DNA of 64,000 nt from Phycisphaerae bacterium (GCA_963675745.2 CAXXWX010000023.1:1-64000); one strand, 5' to 3'. Counted from the stretch's first letter, positions 14,587 through 25,664 are shown. The notes: generated from the letters alone by a model not told the origin. Numbers and translations: made by a program.

Positions 14587-17500
14587 ATGAGAGCGGGCGG
14601 CAGAATGCGGTTTGGCCCTCTGCACGCGCTGGTCCTCCTGTTGGTCAGCGTGGCCGCCGCCCAGCAGCCACAGGAGACGACCACCGGCGAGGCCCAGACG
14701 CAGCCCACGGCGGCAACGCAGCCGACCGGCCCGCAAGCGTCGCTTTCGGTGAGCGAACTCCAGTTGCATCTGAAGCAGGTGATGGATGCGGCGGATCTCA
14801 CCGAAGACATCCAGTCAAAAGCGGCCGGCCTGTACACGCAGGCCATCCAACAGCTCGAAACCGCGGAGCAGTGGGCCGCCAAAGCGCTGGAGTACGAAAC
14901 GGAGCGACAGAAAGCCCCTGAGACACTCAGCGCTATCCAGGCGGAACTGGTAACGCCGCTGGGCGAACCGACGCCGGACGTGCCCGCAGATGCCACGCGT
15001 GCCGATCTGGAGCAACGTCTCCGCCAGGTGCAGAGCGACCTGGAAGCCGAGAAAAAAGGCCTCGCCGACTGGGAACGCGAACGCGACCGGCGCACGACAA
15101 GGCGCAAGGAGATTCCGGAACTGCTGACGGCCGCCAAGTCGCGCCTGCAAGCGCTGGTTGAAACGCCGGCGCCCCCCGAGGGGGAACAGTCAGCCGTCGT
15201 CCGCTTAGCGCAGCAGGCCTTCAATCAGACACGGCGTCTGGCCATCGAGCGCGAGATCGAGGCCTACAACGGTGAGCTGCTCAGCTACGATGCGCGGCGT
15301 GACCTGCTGCAGGCTCGGCTGGATCGGGCTGCTCGACGCGTTGCGCAAACCGAAAAGCTCGCCGGCGCCTGGCAGGCGCTGGTCCAGGACCGGGCGCGCC
15401 AGGAGTCGGAACTGGCCCTGCGCGAGGCGCGCGAGCAGTTGAAACGCGCGCATCCCGCCATCCGGCCGTTTGCCGAGGAACGTGAAACGCTGGCGCTGCG
15501 CGCCAAGCAGTTGCAGCCCGAGATCAAGGACACCGACGCGCGGGTGGCCGAGACCGAAGCCCTCCTCGCCCAGGTAACGCAGGATTTCGACAAGATAACC
15601 CGACGGGTGAATGCGACCGGGCTGACCAACGCCATCGGCCAGTTGCTGCGCAAGCATCGCGGCAGTCTCCCCAGCCTGCGCCCCTTCGAGCGGAATCTCC
15701 GTCAGCGTAAGGACCGGATCAGCGCCGTCCACCTCGCGATGATGGAACTCGAGGATCGGCGCGCCGAGTTGATGAATACCGACGCGATTGTCACCGACAT
15801 CATGGCGTCGGCCGACACCGATACCAGCGAAGACCGGCGAGCGCTGACCCACCAGGCCGCGGAAGAGACCATTGCCGCCCTGCGCGCCGATACGGTGCTG
15901 CTGTGGAAGGAATACGATCGGCTCTTCGACAAGCTGGTCGATCTTGACAGCAAGGAACGTGACCTCGTCAAGAAGATTCAGCGCTTTGACGAGTACGTTG
16001 ACGAGAAAATCCTCTGGATCAAGAGCGGCACGCTGCCCGACGTGGCTGACATCCGGCACGGTCACGAGGCCCTCGAGTGGCTGCTGAAGCCGGCGAACTG
16101 GATGGAAGTCATCAGGTCGGCCGGCGGGACTCTTCGCGCCAGCGCGGGCCCGACAGTGGCGGGCCTGATGATACTCCTCGCAATCTGGCTGGCATCACCA
16201 CGGCTGCTGCGCCTGGTCCGTGAAGCCGGCGAGACAGCGCCCAAGCCGTCCGAGGACAGCATGGGCCGGACCATCGGAGTGCTGCTCGCGACGTGCGGCC
16301 TGGCCGTGCGCTGGCCGGTGACGCTCTGGTTTGCCGGGTGGATCATCTCGTCGCCATTCGATGCGACTGACTTTTCAAAGGCAATCGCCAGCGGCGTCAA
16401 CGCAACCGCCATCATCGTGCTCACACTTCAGTCACTGCGGCAATTGGCCCGGCGCAACGGTCTGGCTGAAAAGCACTTCCGCTGGAATGCCCGGTCTTTG
16501 AAGGTGCTGAAGCGGCATCTCGCCTGGCTGACGACCGCCCTCGTCCCGACGTTTTTCATCTGCGGTACGCTGGAAGCGCAGGCAATCGAGGCGGCGCGAG
16601 ACTCGCTGGGCCGACTTGCGTTCGTCGTCGCATTTGTGGCCATCACGTTGTTTTTGCAGCGTGTGTTGCGGCCGGCGGGCCCGATCCTGGGCCCGGCACT
16701 TCAGCGGCGACGGGGTAGCTGGTTGGACCGCCTGCGACACGTCTGGTATCTGCTGGCGCTGGCCCTGCCGATTTCGCTGGTGATCGCCGCCATTCTGGGA
16801 TACTTCTACACGGCGGAATATCTGGGCGTCCGATTCATCGAGAGCGTGTGGCTGCTCCTCGGGTTGATTGTGCTGCGCGCCCTGGTGGAGCGCGCGCTCC
16901 TGCTGCACACGCGTCACAGCGCGCTGGCCGAAGCCCGTAAACGTGACCTGGTGCGCCGCCAGCAACTGGAAGGTGAGTCGGCGGCGCCCGCCGAGCAGGA
17001 GGTTATCACCGCCCCCGAAACCAAGCTTGACGTCGCGGTGATCAACAAGCAGACGCTGCAAATGGTGCGCGTGATCATGACCATCGTGGGAGTGGCAGCG
17101 CTATGGGGAATCTGGGCGGATGCCCTGCCGGCGCTGGGTGTGTTTCGCGAGGTAACGCTCTGGTCAACCACACAGCAGGCCTCCGAAACAGTGCCCACGG
17201 CGGAAGGCGGCACGCAGGTGAACGAGTACACCAAGACCGTTCCGATCACACTGGCCAACCTCGGGATCGCCGGCCTTGTGGCAATCATCACAATCGTCGT
17301 CGTCAAGAACATCACGGGCTTCCTGGAGTTCGCCATTTTGCAGCGACTGCCGATCGATGCCGGCGGCCGACTCGCCGCCACGGCGATTACGCGCTACGTG
17401 ATAGTTGTCGTCGGGACGATTGTGGCGTTCGGTCAGATTGGCGTGGGGTGGTCCAAGGTGCAATGGCTGATTGCCGCCATGACGGTCGGCCTGGGCTTTG

Positions 17501-18078
17501 GTTTACAGGAGATCTTCGCGAACCTCGTTTCCGGTCTGATGCTGCTGTTCGAACGCCCGATTCGCATCGGGGACACGGTTACAGTCGGTGACGTCAACGG
17601 CACGGTGACCCAGATCCGCACGCGCGCGACGACGATCGTCGGGTGGGACCGAAAGGAGCTGATCATTCCCAACAAGGAGTTCATCACCGGCAACGTCGTG
17701 AACTGGACACTGTCGGACTCGGTGCTCCGCCTGATCATACCGGTCGGGATTGCCTACGGCTCTGACACGCAGTTGGCGCGCGAAGTGCTCACCCGGATTG
17801 TCTGTAATCACCCGAACGTGCTCCCCGATCCGCCGTCACGCATTATCTTCATGTCTTTTGGTGACAGCTCACTGAACTTCGAAGTGCGCGTACACATCGG
17901 GACGATCGACCACTACATGTCCACGCTCGACGAGATCAATAACGCCATCGATCTGGAGTTCCGCAAGGCCGGCATCGAGATCGCGTTCCCGCAGCGCGAC
18001 ATCCACGTACGGTCGATTCACGACGTGCTACCAATCGCCGGTGACAGCGCGAAGGCCGCCAAACGCGGCGACACATGA
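14587..18078 (+). CDS. Large MscS-family mechanosensitive channel (MscK/KefA-like; start uncertain)
   Basis: Signal peptide, long periplasmic coiled coil, TM block, WSKVQWLIAAMTVGLGFGLQEIFAN..SGL.LLFERPIRIGD, IAFPQRDIH. Confidence 0.93.
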   Translation: MRAGGRMRFGPLHALVLLLVSVAAAQQPQETTTGEAQTQPTAATQPTGPQASLSVSELQLHLKQVMDAADLTEDIQSKAAGLYTQAIQQLETAEQWAAKALEYETERQKAPETLSAIQAELVTPLGEPTPDVPADATRADLEQRLRQVQSDLEAEKKGLADWERERDRRTTRRKEIPELLTAAKSRLQALVETPAPPEGEQSAVVRLAQQAFNQTRRLAIEREIEAYNGELLSYDARRDLLQARLDRAARRVAQTEKLAGAWQALVQDRARQESELALREAREQLKRAHPAIRPFAEERETLALRAKQLQPEIKDTDARVAETEALLAQVTQDFDKITRRVNATGLTNAIGQLLRKHRGSLPSLRPFERNLRQRKDRISAVHLAMMELEDRRAELMNTDAIVTDIMASADTDTSEDRRALTHQAAEETIAALRADTVLLWKEYDRLFDKLVDLDSKERDLVKKIQRFDEYVDEKILWIKSGTLPDVADIRHGHEALEWLLKPANWMEVIRSAGGTLRASAGPTVAGLMILLAIWLASPRLLRLVREAGETAPKPSEDSMGRTIGVLLATCGLAVRWPVTLWFAGWIISSPFDATDFSKAIASGVNATAIIVLTLQSLRQLARRNGLAEKHFRWNARSLKVLKRHLAWLTTALVPTFFICGTLEAQAIEAARDSLGRLAFVVAFVAITLFLQRVLRPAGPILGPALQRRRGSWLDRLRHVWYLLALALPISLVIAAILGYFYTAEYLGVRFIESVWLLLGLIVLRALVERALLLHTRHSALAEARKRDLVRRQQLEGESAAPAEQEVITAPETKLDVAVINKQTLQMVRVIMTIVGVAALWGIWADALPALGVFREVTLWSTTQQASETVPTAEGGTQVNEYTKTVPITLANLGIAGLVAIITIVVVKNITGFLEFAILQRLPIDAGGRLAATAITRYVIVVVGTIVAFGQIGVGWSKVQWLIAAMTVGLGFGLQEIFANLVSGLMLLFERPIRIGDTVTVGDVNGTVTQIRTRATTIVGWDRKELIIPNKEFITGNVVNWTLSDSVLRLIIPVGIAYGSDTQLAREVLTRIVCNHPNVLPDPPSRIIFMSFGDSSLNFEVRVHIGTIDHYMSTLDEINNAIDLEFRKAGIEIAFPQRDIHVRSIHDVLPIAGDSAKAAKRGDT

Positions 18079-18162
18079 CCATCCCGCGCGCCGCCGAGGC
18101 TGCGACACCAGGGCAGCAAGCGGCGCTGAGACTGGACGAGACCTCGCGCAACTCGCGCTGGT

Positions 18163-21100
18163 TTATTCCGCAGCGCGTTCGAAATCCGGGTCGGCGAGTC
18201 CGAGTCTCCACCTGGCCTGCTTGATGGCGCAATAGCAGGTTGGCACGACAAGAACAGTGACCAGCGCGACGAGCATGCCGCCGAAGATCGGGAGCGCCAT
18301 CGGCACCATCACGTCGCTGCCGCGGCCGGTTGTGAGAAGAACCGGCGTCAGGGCGGCCAGCGTTGTGAAGGTGGTCATCAATGTCGGACGGATGCGTCGC
18401 AGGCCGGCCCGGACCACGTGGTCTTCGATATCTTCGTAGCGCCTGACCTTGTTGCGGCGAAAGGTCTGGTCGAGATAGGTGCCGATGACAATGCCGTCGT
18501 CAACGGCGATCCCGAACAGGGCGATGAAGCCGACCCACACCGCGACGGTCAGGTACATGTTGTCACCGGGGAACGGCCGGTCCATCAGGCCGGCGGTGTA
18601 GAGTGCGTCCTGCAATTGCGGCCACCAGTCGAGCAGGATGAACCCGCCCGAGAACGCAACCGGAATCGCCAGGAAGATCACCAGGGTCAGCGACCAGCGC
18701 TTGAACTGAAGGTAGATCAGCAGGAAATTGATCAGCAGCACCAGTGGTACGAGGATCGCCAGGCGGTTCCTGGCCCGGATGTTGCGCTCGTAGCTGCCGG
18801 CCCAGCGCAGGTGGTAACCCTCGGGCAATTCCAGTTCGCCATTGATGATGGCCTCGTCGATCAGACGCTGGCCGTTGCGGACCAGCGTCGTCTCATCGAC
18901 GCCCTGGCTGCTCATCGTTACATAGCTGACATACTTCGCGCCTTCGCGGCGAACGCTCATCGGCCCGGTCACGCGCTGGATGTCGGCGACCATGCCGATC
19001 GGAATCTGTGCCCCGCTCGGCGTTGGCACCAGGATGCGCTGAAGGTCCGGCACGTCGTCGCGCAGCTCGCGCTCGTAGCGGATGCGCACGGGATAGCGGT
19101 CAAGGCCTTCATACGTGGTGGTCAGGTTTTTGCCGCCGATGGCGACTTCGATCACCTGCTGCACGTCCGCAATGTTCACGCCATAACGGGCGATCGCCTC
19201 GCGATCGATCTGGAACTCCAGGTACGGTTTGCCGCTGATGCGGATGGCGTTTATGGCCGTGGCGTTGTCGAGACGCGCACGCAGAAGCTGCTCGATTTTG
19301 ACGGCGAGCTCTTCGCACCGCGCGACACTGTCGCCGTAGACCTTGATTCCGATCTTGGCATTGAGACCGGTGCTGAGCATTTCGATCCGCGTGCGGATCG
19401 GTTGGAGCTGTACTGATGGCAGCACGCCGGGGAAGCTACCCGCGTCTCTGATATCTTCCCAGATCTCATCCGTCGTGCGCTTGCGCTGCATGCCGAAGAA
19501 CTCGGGATCATCGACTATCGGCCACGCCGCGCGCGGCTTGAGCAGAATCATCGTCTCGAGCATACCGACCGGCGCGGGATCGAGCGGCGACTCGGTGCGG
19601 CCCAGCTTACCGACAACCAGGTCGACCTCTGGAATCCGGGCGAACTGGACATCCTGCTTTTGCATAACGTCCATTACCGTATTGAGCGAGCCCGCGGGCA
19701 GCACGCTGGGCATGTATAGGAAGTCGCCCTCGTCCAACGGTGGCATGAATTCCTGACCAATACCCCGCTGATCGAGCAGCGGCTGGAGCAGCGCAAAATC
19801 GCTGTATGAGCCGGTCGGCGTGGGCGTGAGAACTGACGCGACTACCGCATCGTTGCGACCGACGACGTCCGCGCGGTCAAGCAGAAACGCCGCGATCACG
19901 AAGACGCCGACGGCGAGGATGCGTTTGAACCACGACGGCCGGATGGCGTTTGGTGTCGCCGGTGACCGACGTAAGCTGGTCACAGCGCGCGCGGTATCAA
20001 ACAGCAGCGGGATCAGCACCAACCCCACCACCGCGGCCATACCCAGATGCAGCCAGCGCGCGGCCGTCCAGGTGACCGGGGACAAGCCGACCCGCTCCAA
20101 CGGCCAGACCAGCACGCGCAGCAGCGGTCCCCAGCCGAGCCAGATGCCGAGGCCCCAGACCACGCATGCCGCGGGCACGGCGAGGAAGGCCGCCTTGTGG
20201 TGCAAGACCCAGCGCAACGTTGGCTCGTAAACCCAGTGGATAAACCGGCTGGTCGGGTTCCGCTCGATCGGCTTGATCCGCTCGCGCAGAGTAAGGAAAA
20301 CCACCAGCGCGGCCGTTATGCCAACCACGATCGTAGTGAACAGCGATGACCATCCTAGATAGGCCTTGGTGGCGTTGGTAAACGCGAGCAGCTGTGGATG
20401 CAACGCGCCGGCGTTGGCCCATACGACGGCAAGCGCGGCACCGAACGCGATTGAAACAGCGATGGCCGACGGCAGCCGCGTGCGACGACTACGAAGCAGC
20501 ACGGAAGCCAACGGCGGGACCACCGTCAGCGCGAGAATCACAGCGCCGACCATGCAGAACGTCTTCGTCCACGCCAGCGGCGTGAACAGCTTCGCGGCCT
20601 GACCTTCGAGGAAAAACACCGGAACGAACGAGATCACCGTCGTGCTGATCGCCGTGAGAATCGCCGAACCGACCTCACCCGCGGCCTCGTGGACGAGTTC
20701 GCCCCGGCGGCCCTGGTCGATGATTTCACGCGGCCGCCCCCGGGCGTCCAGCTCAACACGCATGTATTCGTCGCGATGCTCGGTGAGGTACTGGTAGATG
20801 TTCTCCAGCATCACGATGCCCATGTCGACCATGGTGCCGATGGCGATGGCGATGCCGGCCAGGCTCATGATGTTGCTGGGCAGCTTGAGGGCTTGCATGC
20901 AGATGAACGCAAACAGCACGGCCAGCGGCAGCGTGACCGCGATGACCAGGCTGCTGCGGAAGTGCAGCAAAAAAAGCACCACCGCCACGATCGTGATCGC
21001 CAGTTCCTGGGTGAGCGCGGCGGTCAGCGTACTCATGGTCTCACTGATCAGTTTCGAGCGATCATAAAACGCGTTGATGCGCACGCCGGGAGGCAGGCCG

Positions 21101-22233
21101 CGTTCAACAACGTCGATCTTGTCCTTCGCGTGTTCGATGACGTTGAGCGGGTTTGCACCGAATCGCATCGTGACCGCGCCGCCCACCGCCTCGGCGCCCA
21201 TCTTGTCCAGCGCGCCCCGGCGAAAGTCCGGCCCGACCCTGACCGTCGCAACCTGATGTAAATACACCGGCGTGCCGTCGGCGGCGTTAATGGCGATGTT
21301 CTCGATGTCGCGGACGACGGCTTCTTCGCGCGTGGACCGGTCGGCGGCGCTCCGCCGCGCGTCTCCGAGAAACCCGACGCCGCGAACGAGAATCTCCATC
21401 CCGTTCTCTTCCACGACCTTGGCGCCGACATCGATGTTCGCGTTATTGACCGCCGCTACGAGCTGCGCGAGCCGTATCTCGAAGGCCCGCATCGCTTCGG
21501 GATTCACGTCGATCTGGTACTGGCGCACATAGCCGCCGATGCTGGCGACCTCACTGACGCCCGGGACGCTCTCCAGGGCGAGCTTTACGTCGAAGTCCTG
21601 GATGCTGCGCAAGCGGTCGAGCGGGAGTTGGCTGAAGACCAGCGGTCGGGCGCTGACCGGGTCGGTGTAGGGTTCGGCCGCATCGATGGTCGCCGCCAAC
21701 CGCGGGTCGCTCTCGACAAGCGCCGACCGCGACGCGCTGGTCAACACGCCGTCCTCGTCAAAGCGCAGCCCCGGGCGCTCCGGTGAATACCAGCCGTTCT
21801 CGACGGTGTACCAGAAGACCTGCCCGAGCGCGGTCGCGTCCGGCCCCAGCCGTGGCAAAACGCCGGCGGGGAGCTGGCCCTGTGCCACGTTCAGTCTCTC
21901 AAGCACGCGACTGCGTGCCCAGTAGAACTCGGCGTCATCGGTGAAGACAACGTAGACAATGGACCAGCCGAAGCCGCTTGTCGCGCGTATCTCCTTGACG
22001 TCGGGCACGCCCTGTAACGCGACGGTGAGTGGATAGGTCACCTGCTCATCCACGTCCTTCGGGCTGCGGCCCATCCAGTCGCTAAAGACGATCACCTGGT
22101 TCTCGGCGATGTCCGGGATGGCATCCTTCGGGTTCCGCTCAAACGCCCGCCAGCCGAAGACAGCGAGTGCCCCGACCAGAATCAACGCCAGCAAGGGAGT
22201 CCGCAGAAACGTGCGAATGAGTCCGTTAATCAT
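18163..22233 (-). CDS. cusA: CusA/SilA-type heavy-metal efflux RND permease
   Basis: DAIPDIAENQVIV, LGPDATALG, AIAIGTMVD, and Met-triad contexts LYMPS / PAPVGMLET / RIEMLSTG. Confidence 0.92.
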   Translation of the reverse strand: MINGLIRTFLRTPLLALILVGALAVFGWRAFERNPKDAIPDIAENQVIVFSDWMGRSPKDVDEQVTYPLTVALQGVPDVKEIRATSGFGWSIVYVVFTDDAEFYWARSRVLERLNVAQGQLPAGVLPRLGPDATALGQVFWYTVENGWYSPERPGLRFDEDGVLTSASRSALVESDPRLAATIDAAEPYTDPVSARPLVFSQLPLDRLRSIQDFDVKLALESVPGVSEVASIGGYVRQYQIDVNPEAMRAFEIRLAQLVAAVNNANIDVGAKVVEENGMEILVRGVGFLGDARRSAADRSTREEAVVRDIENIAINAADGTPVYLHQVATVRVGPDFRRGALDKMGAEAVGGAVTMRFGANPLNVIEHAKDKIDVVERGLPPGVRINAFYDRSKLISETMSTLTAALTQELAITIVAVVLFLLHFRSSLVIAVTLPLAVLFAFICMQALKLPSNIMSLAGIAIAIGTMVDMGIVMLENIYQYLTEHRDEYMRVELDARGRPREIIDQGRRGELVHEAAGEVGSAILTAISTTVISFVPVFFLEGQAAKLFTPLAWTKTFCMVGAVILALTVVPPLASVLLRSRRTRLPSAIAVSIAFGAALAVVWANAGALHPQLLAFTNATKAYLGWSSLFTTIVVGITAALVVFLTLRERIKPIERNPTSRFIHWVYEPTLRWVLHHKAAFLAVPAACVVWGLGIWLGWGPLLRVLVWPLERVGLSPVTWTAARWLHLGMAAVVGLVLIPLLFDTARAVTSLRRSPATPNAIRPSWFKRILAVGVFVIAAFLLDRADVVGRNDAVVASVLTPTPTGSYSDFALLQPLLDQRGIGQEFMPPLDEGDFLYMPSVLPAGSLNTVMDVMQKQDVQFARIPEVDLVVGKLGRTESPLDPAPVGMLETMILLKPRAAWPIVDDPEFFGMQRKRTTDEIWEDIRDAGSFPGVLPSVQLQPIRTRIEMLSTGLNAKIGIKVYGDSVARCEELAVKIEQLLRARLDNATAINAIRISGKPYLEFQIDREAIARYGVNIADVQQVIEVAIGGKNLTTTYEGLDRYPVRIRYERELRDDVPDLQRILVPTPSGAQIPIGMVADIQRVTGPMSVRREGAKYVSYVTMSSQGVDETTLVRNGQRLIDEAIINGELELPEGYHLRWAGSYERNIRARNRLAILVPLVLLINFLLIYLQFKRWSLTLVIFLAIPVAFSGGFILLDWWPQLQDALYTAGLMDRPFPGDNMYLTVAVWVGFIALFGIAVDDGIVIGTYLDQTFRRNKVRRYEDIEDHVVRAGLRRIRPTLMTTFTTLAALTPVLLTTGRGSDVMVPMALPIFGGMLVALVTVLVVPTCYCAIKQARWRLGLADPDFERAAE

Positions 22234-24169
22234 CGCCGGCCTCCTGTGCGGAGGCTCTGGCTATCCGCTGCTGGATGCCGGCAGGTAGCTTCGGGATCAA
22301 CTCCCCGGGGTCGGCGAGGAACTTGTCATCGCAGCCCCAACAGCAGAAGTAGACCCGCACGCCCTTGTACTCGATGAAAACGTCGGGGTTGATCGCACCG
22401 CCCATCACCGGACAGAGTGTTTGAGTCGGAGGATCGGCCTTTGACTGGTCACTCGATGGGCCAGCGCCGTCAGGCGCGCGTGCGCCGAACAGACTCGGCT
22501 TTCCGGCGAGTTGCATCTGGCTGTCGATGGCGAAATTGCCGCGCGTGACCACCCGCTCGCCGTCGCTGAGGCCGGCGAGAATCGGGTACCACTCCCGGTC
22601 ACCCTCGCCGCGCGCCAGCGGACCGACGGTCACCTCGACAGCGCGGTATGTGCCGGGCGTCGTCTCTACGTACACGAGCGCCCGCTCGCCGGTCTGCATC
22701 ACCGCCTCGCGCGGCACGGAGAGGATTGGCACAGCCTCGGTCGGTGGAGTGTAGTGCGGCAGGTCTTCGACGCGCACCATGTCCATCTCGCAGATCACGC
22801 AGATATCCGGCTGATCCGCGGTCTCCCACGGGTGCATCGGACAGGCGTAGGCACCGCCGGGCGCGGGGACCACGCCGCGTCCGCCGCGTCCGAGCTGCGC
22901 ATCGATATACGCCGTCACCCACATGTCGGGCTTGAGGCGCAGCGCGGGGTTGTCGACGTGGATGCGCACCGAGACCGTGCGGGTCTGTGGCGCCACGCGC
23001 GGATCGATGAACACGATCTCGCCGGTGAATACTTCGCCCGGCAGAGAGCGCGTCGTCACGCGCACCTGCTGGAACGGTTTGACCCAGGGTAGATCCGCCT
23101 CATAGAGATCGACGAGCAGCCACAGGTGCGTGAGGTCGGCGATCGTGTAGAGCGCGTCACCGGTCTTCACGTACATACCTTCCATCATGTGCTTCTCGAC
23201 GACGGTTCCGCCGATGGGCGCGTACACGACCAGGTGCGTCTGAGGCTCGCCGCTGCGTGCGACGGCCTGAATCTGTGCGTCGGTGACGCCCAGCAGTTCG
23301 AGCTTGCGTTTTGCCGAGTGGAGCACCTGTTCGCTGCTGCGTCGCGACACGGCGGTCTGTGCCTCGCGGGATGTGCCCACGGCCCGCAGCGCCTGGATAT
23401 ATTCCTCTTGCGCGGATAGCAGTTCGGGACTGTAGATTTCGACCAGGTGATCGCCCCTGCTGACCGTCATGCCGGTGAAGTCGGCGAACAGCTTGTCGAT
23501 CCGGCCATCGGTCCACGCGCTGGCCATCTTGTAACGCGTCTCGTCAAAACCGACGTGACCGACCGCGCGAACTCGCCTGTGCAGCAGGCGCGGCTCCGCG
23601 GGCTCTGTCGCGACCTCGGCCAGTCGCCGGGCGCGGTCACTGAGCTTGATTTCGTAATCCCCGGTGCCTTCTCCTCCGGTGTCCACGCGCTCACGCCTCA
23701 TTCCGCACACCGGGCAGCGACTGTCGGGATCGGAACTGCCCTGATCGCCGCACTCCGGCATCGTGCAGCGGTACCAGGCCGGCTGCGCGCGTGCGCCGGC
23801 GGTGGGACCGCCAGCTTGGTGCTCGTGACTTGTCGCGCCCGGCATGGCAGTCGTGCTCGTCGGTTTCACGCCTGGCTCATCACTGCCAACGTACCTGGGG
23901 ACCAGCTCCATGCCGCAGATAGGGCAGTCGCCCGGTTGGTCCTGCTGAATCTCGGGGTGCATCGTGCATGTCCAGTAGTCGATGGCCGGCTCAAGCGAAA
24001 CGTGCATCGGCGTTGCCGCCCCGCCCGGCACAGTCAGCCGGCCGGCGGCCGTGGACATCCGCCACGTGGCCCAGCATGCGAAAGCGCCAAGCGCGCCGAG
24101 CAGGATCGCCCAGCGCACCACCACGCCGCGGAGTTTTCTGATCGTCGCAGGAGCAATCTCATGGCTCAT
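22226..24169 (-). CDS. cusB: CusB-type periplasmic adaptor with heavy-metal-binding and YHS domains
   Basis: CTMHPEI....PGDCPICGMEL, IYSPELLSAQEEY, LKPDM, C-terminal CPVMGG...VYFCC.GC (YHS). Confidence 0.9.
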   Translation of the reverse strand: MSHEIAPATIRKLRGVVVRWAILLGALGAFACWATWRMSTAAGRLTVPGGAATPMHVSLEPAIDYWTCTMHPEIQQDQPGDCPICGMELVPRYVGSDEPGVKPTSTTAMPGATSHEHQAGGPTAGARAQPAWYRCTMPECGDQGSSDPDSRCPVCGMRRERVDTGGEGTGDYEIKLSDRARRLAEVATEPAEPRLLHRRVRAVGHVGFDETRYKMASAWTDGRIDKLFADFTGMTVSRGDHLVEIYSPELLSAQEEYIQALRAVGTSREAQTAVSRRSSEQVLHSAKRKLELLGVTDAQIQAVARSGEPQTHLVVYAPIGGTVVEKHMMEGMYVKTGDALYTIADLTHLWLLVDLYEADLPWVKPFQQVRVTTRSLPGEVFTGEIVFIDPRVAPQTRTVSVRIHVDNPALRLKPDMWVTAYIDAQLGRGGRGVVPAPGGAYACPMHPWETADQPDICVICEMDMVRVEDLPHYTPPTEAVPILSVPREAVMQTGERALVYVETTPGTYRAVEVTVGPLARGEGDREWYPILAGLSDGERVVTRGNFAIDSQMQLAGKPSLFGARAPDGAGPSSDQSKADPPTQTLCPVMGGAINPDVFIEYKGVRVYFCCWGCDDKFLADPGELIPKLPAGIQQRIARASAQEAGDD

Positions 24170-25664
24170 CTTCAGTATCTCCAGTCCGCGCAGCCGCATC
24201 GGCGGCGCTGCGAAGCAGTTGCAGACCGACCTCGCGCTGCAAGTCGGCGAAGGCGGTTTCGAGATCCACGGTTTCGCGGTGGCGCATCAGCTCAAAGTCG
24301 AGCCAGCGCCGCCAGTTGTCGATCAGTGAGAGGAAATCCGTCTCGCCGGACTGATACGCGGTCAGCGTCACCTCGTAGGTCTGCCGCGACTGCGGAATCA
24401 ACTCGGCTTCGAGGACGTGCAGGGAGTGCTCCTGCGCTTCGATGCGTGACCACGCATCGAATATGCGGAAGGCGACCAGGTTCTCTGTCGAACGCAGCTC
24501 GCTTTGCGTTGCCAGCAGGCGCTGCCGGGCTTCGCGCTTGGCCGCCTCGATGCGCTGCGACCAGATCGGGATGTTCATCTGCACCGTGAGAGCCCAGTTG
24601 TCGTCGCCGACCTCGCTCTTGCGGTTGATCGCCGGCCGTGTTCCGGTCTGCCAGTTGATGGGCGGGATGAACGGCTCGCGCGGCTCGACGTAGTTCCATT
24701 CGACCCCTACCGTGACGTCGGGCCAGTAGCCCAGGTTGGCGAGTTCGACCCGCTCGCGGTCGCGCTCAATCTGTTCGCGGAGTGCCGCCAACTCGGGATT
24801 GTGATCGGCGGCCAGCGCGACGAGATTCTCGACGCCGGTGCGGACCATCCGTACATCGACCGGCTTCGTCGTCGGGACTTCGCGCCGCGCCACTTGGTCG
24901 GTCAGTTGGTTCAGGGCGGCGACGGCTGACGACCGGCGCGTCTGGTAGCGGTGCTCATCATCGCGGAGCTTTGCCAGTTCGGTTTGCACGCGCAGCAGGT
25001 CCTGCTGCTGCACCTTGCCGACCTGGTACTGGGTACCGACCACGCGCTCCAGGTCTTCGAGCAGACGTCGATTGTCGCGCGCGAGCTCCACGTAGCGGTC
25101 AAGCCGATAGATCTGCCAGTACGCGCGCTCCACATCCGCGATGACCTGCACGCGCCTGGCGTTCAGCCGCTCAAGGGCCATGCGCGTTTCGGCGGCGGCC
25201 ATATTGCCGGCGCGTTCCAGCTTCGCCAGGAGCGGAATGGTCTGGGCAATGCCGAGCGTGAAATACATGTCGCCGGCCGCCGTCTGAATCGGCTCGGGCC
25301 GCACGACGCTGCGCACCAGCGGGTCGGGCAGTGAGGTAACCTGGGGAATGCGTTCGAGTTTGGCGCGGGCCTCGGCCATGGCGGCCTGGAGGCCCGGGTT
25401 GCACTCCAGCGCCTCTCGAATGTAGTGATCAACGGGGCCGCTCGGGCCGTCGCCCGGAATCACGTCCTCACGGGTTGGTGAAGGCGCTTTGCCCGCCTGT
25501 CTCACGACCAGCGGTGCGCGGCGGCGCTGCCAATCCTGGATGGCGCCGTCAACATCCCGCCGCGCATGTTCGTATGTTGTGCAGCCCGTGATGAACGCTC
25601 CGGCGCTGATCAGTGCGAGCCACGCCAAGTGGGCGAATCCTCGCGTGCCGGATTTCTTGCGCAT
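24159..25664 (-). CDS. TolC/CusC-family outer-membrane efflux lipoprotein
   Basis: Lipobox AFITGC; OEP repeats (ALECNPGL, LPDP, Y.SG..DFLSLID); SD GGAGG. Confidence 0.92.
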   Translation of the reverse strand: MRKKSGTRGFAHLAWLALISAGAFITGCTTYEHARRDVDGAIQDWQRRRAPLVVRQAGKAPSPTREDVIPGDGPSGPVDHYIREALECNPGLQAAMAEARAKLERIPQVTSLPDPLVRSVVRPEPIQTAAGDMYFTLGIAQTIPLLAKLERAGNMAAAETRMALERLNARRVQVIADVERAYWQIYRLDRYVELARDNRRLLEDLERVVGTQYQVGKVQQQDLLRVQTELAKLRDDEHRYQTRRSSAVAALNQLTDQVARREVPTTKPVDVRMVRTGVENLVALAADHNPELAALREQIERDRERVELANLGYWPDVTVGVEWNYVEPREPFIPPINWQTGTRPAINRKSEVGDDNWALTVQMNIPIWSQRIEAAKREARQRLLATQSELRSTENLVAFRIFDAWSRIEAQEHSLHVLEAELIPQSRQTYEVTLTAYQSGETDFLSLIDNWRRWLDFELMRHRETVDLETAFADLQREVGLQLLRSAADAAARTGDTEDEP

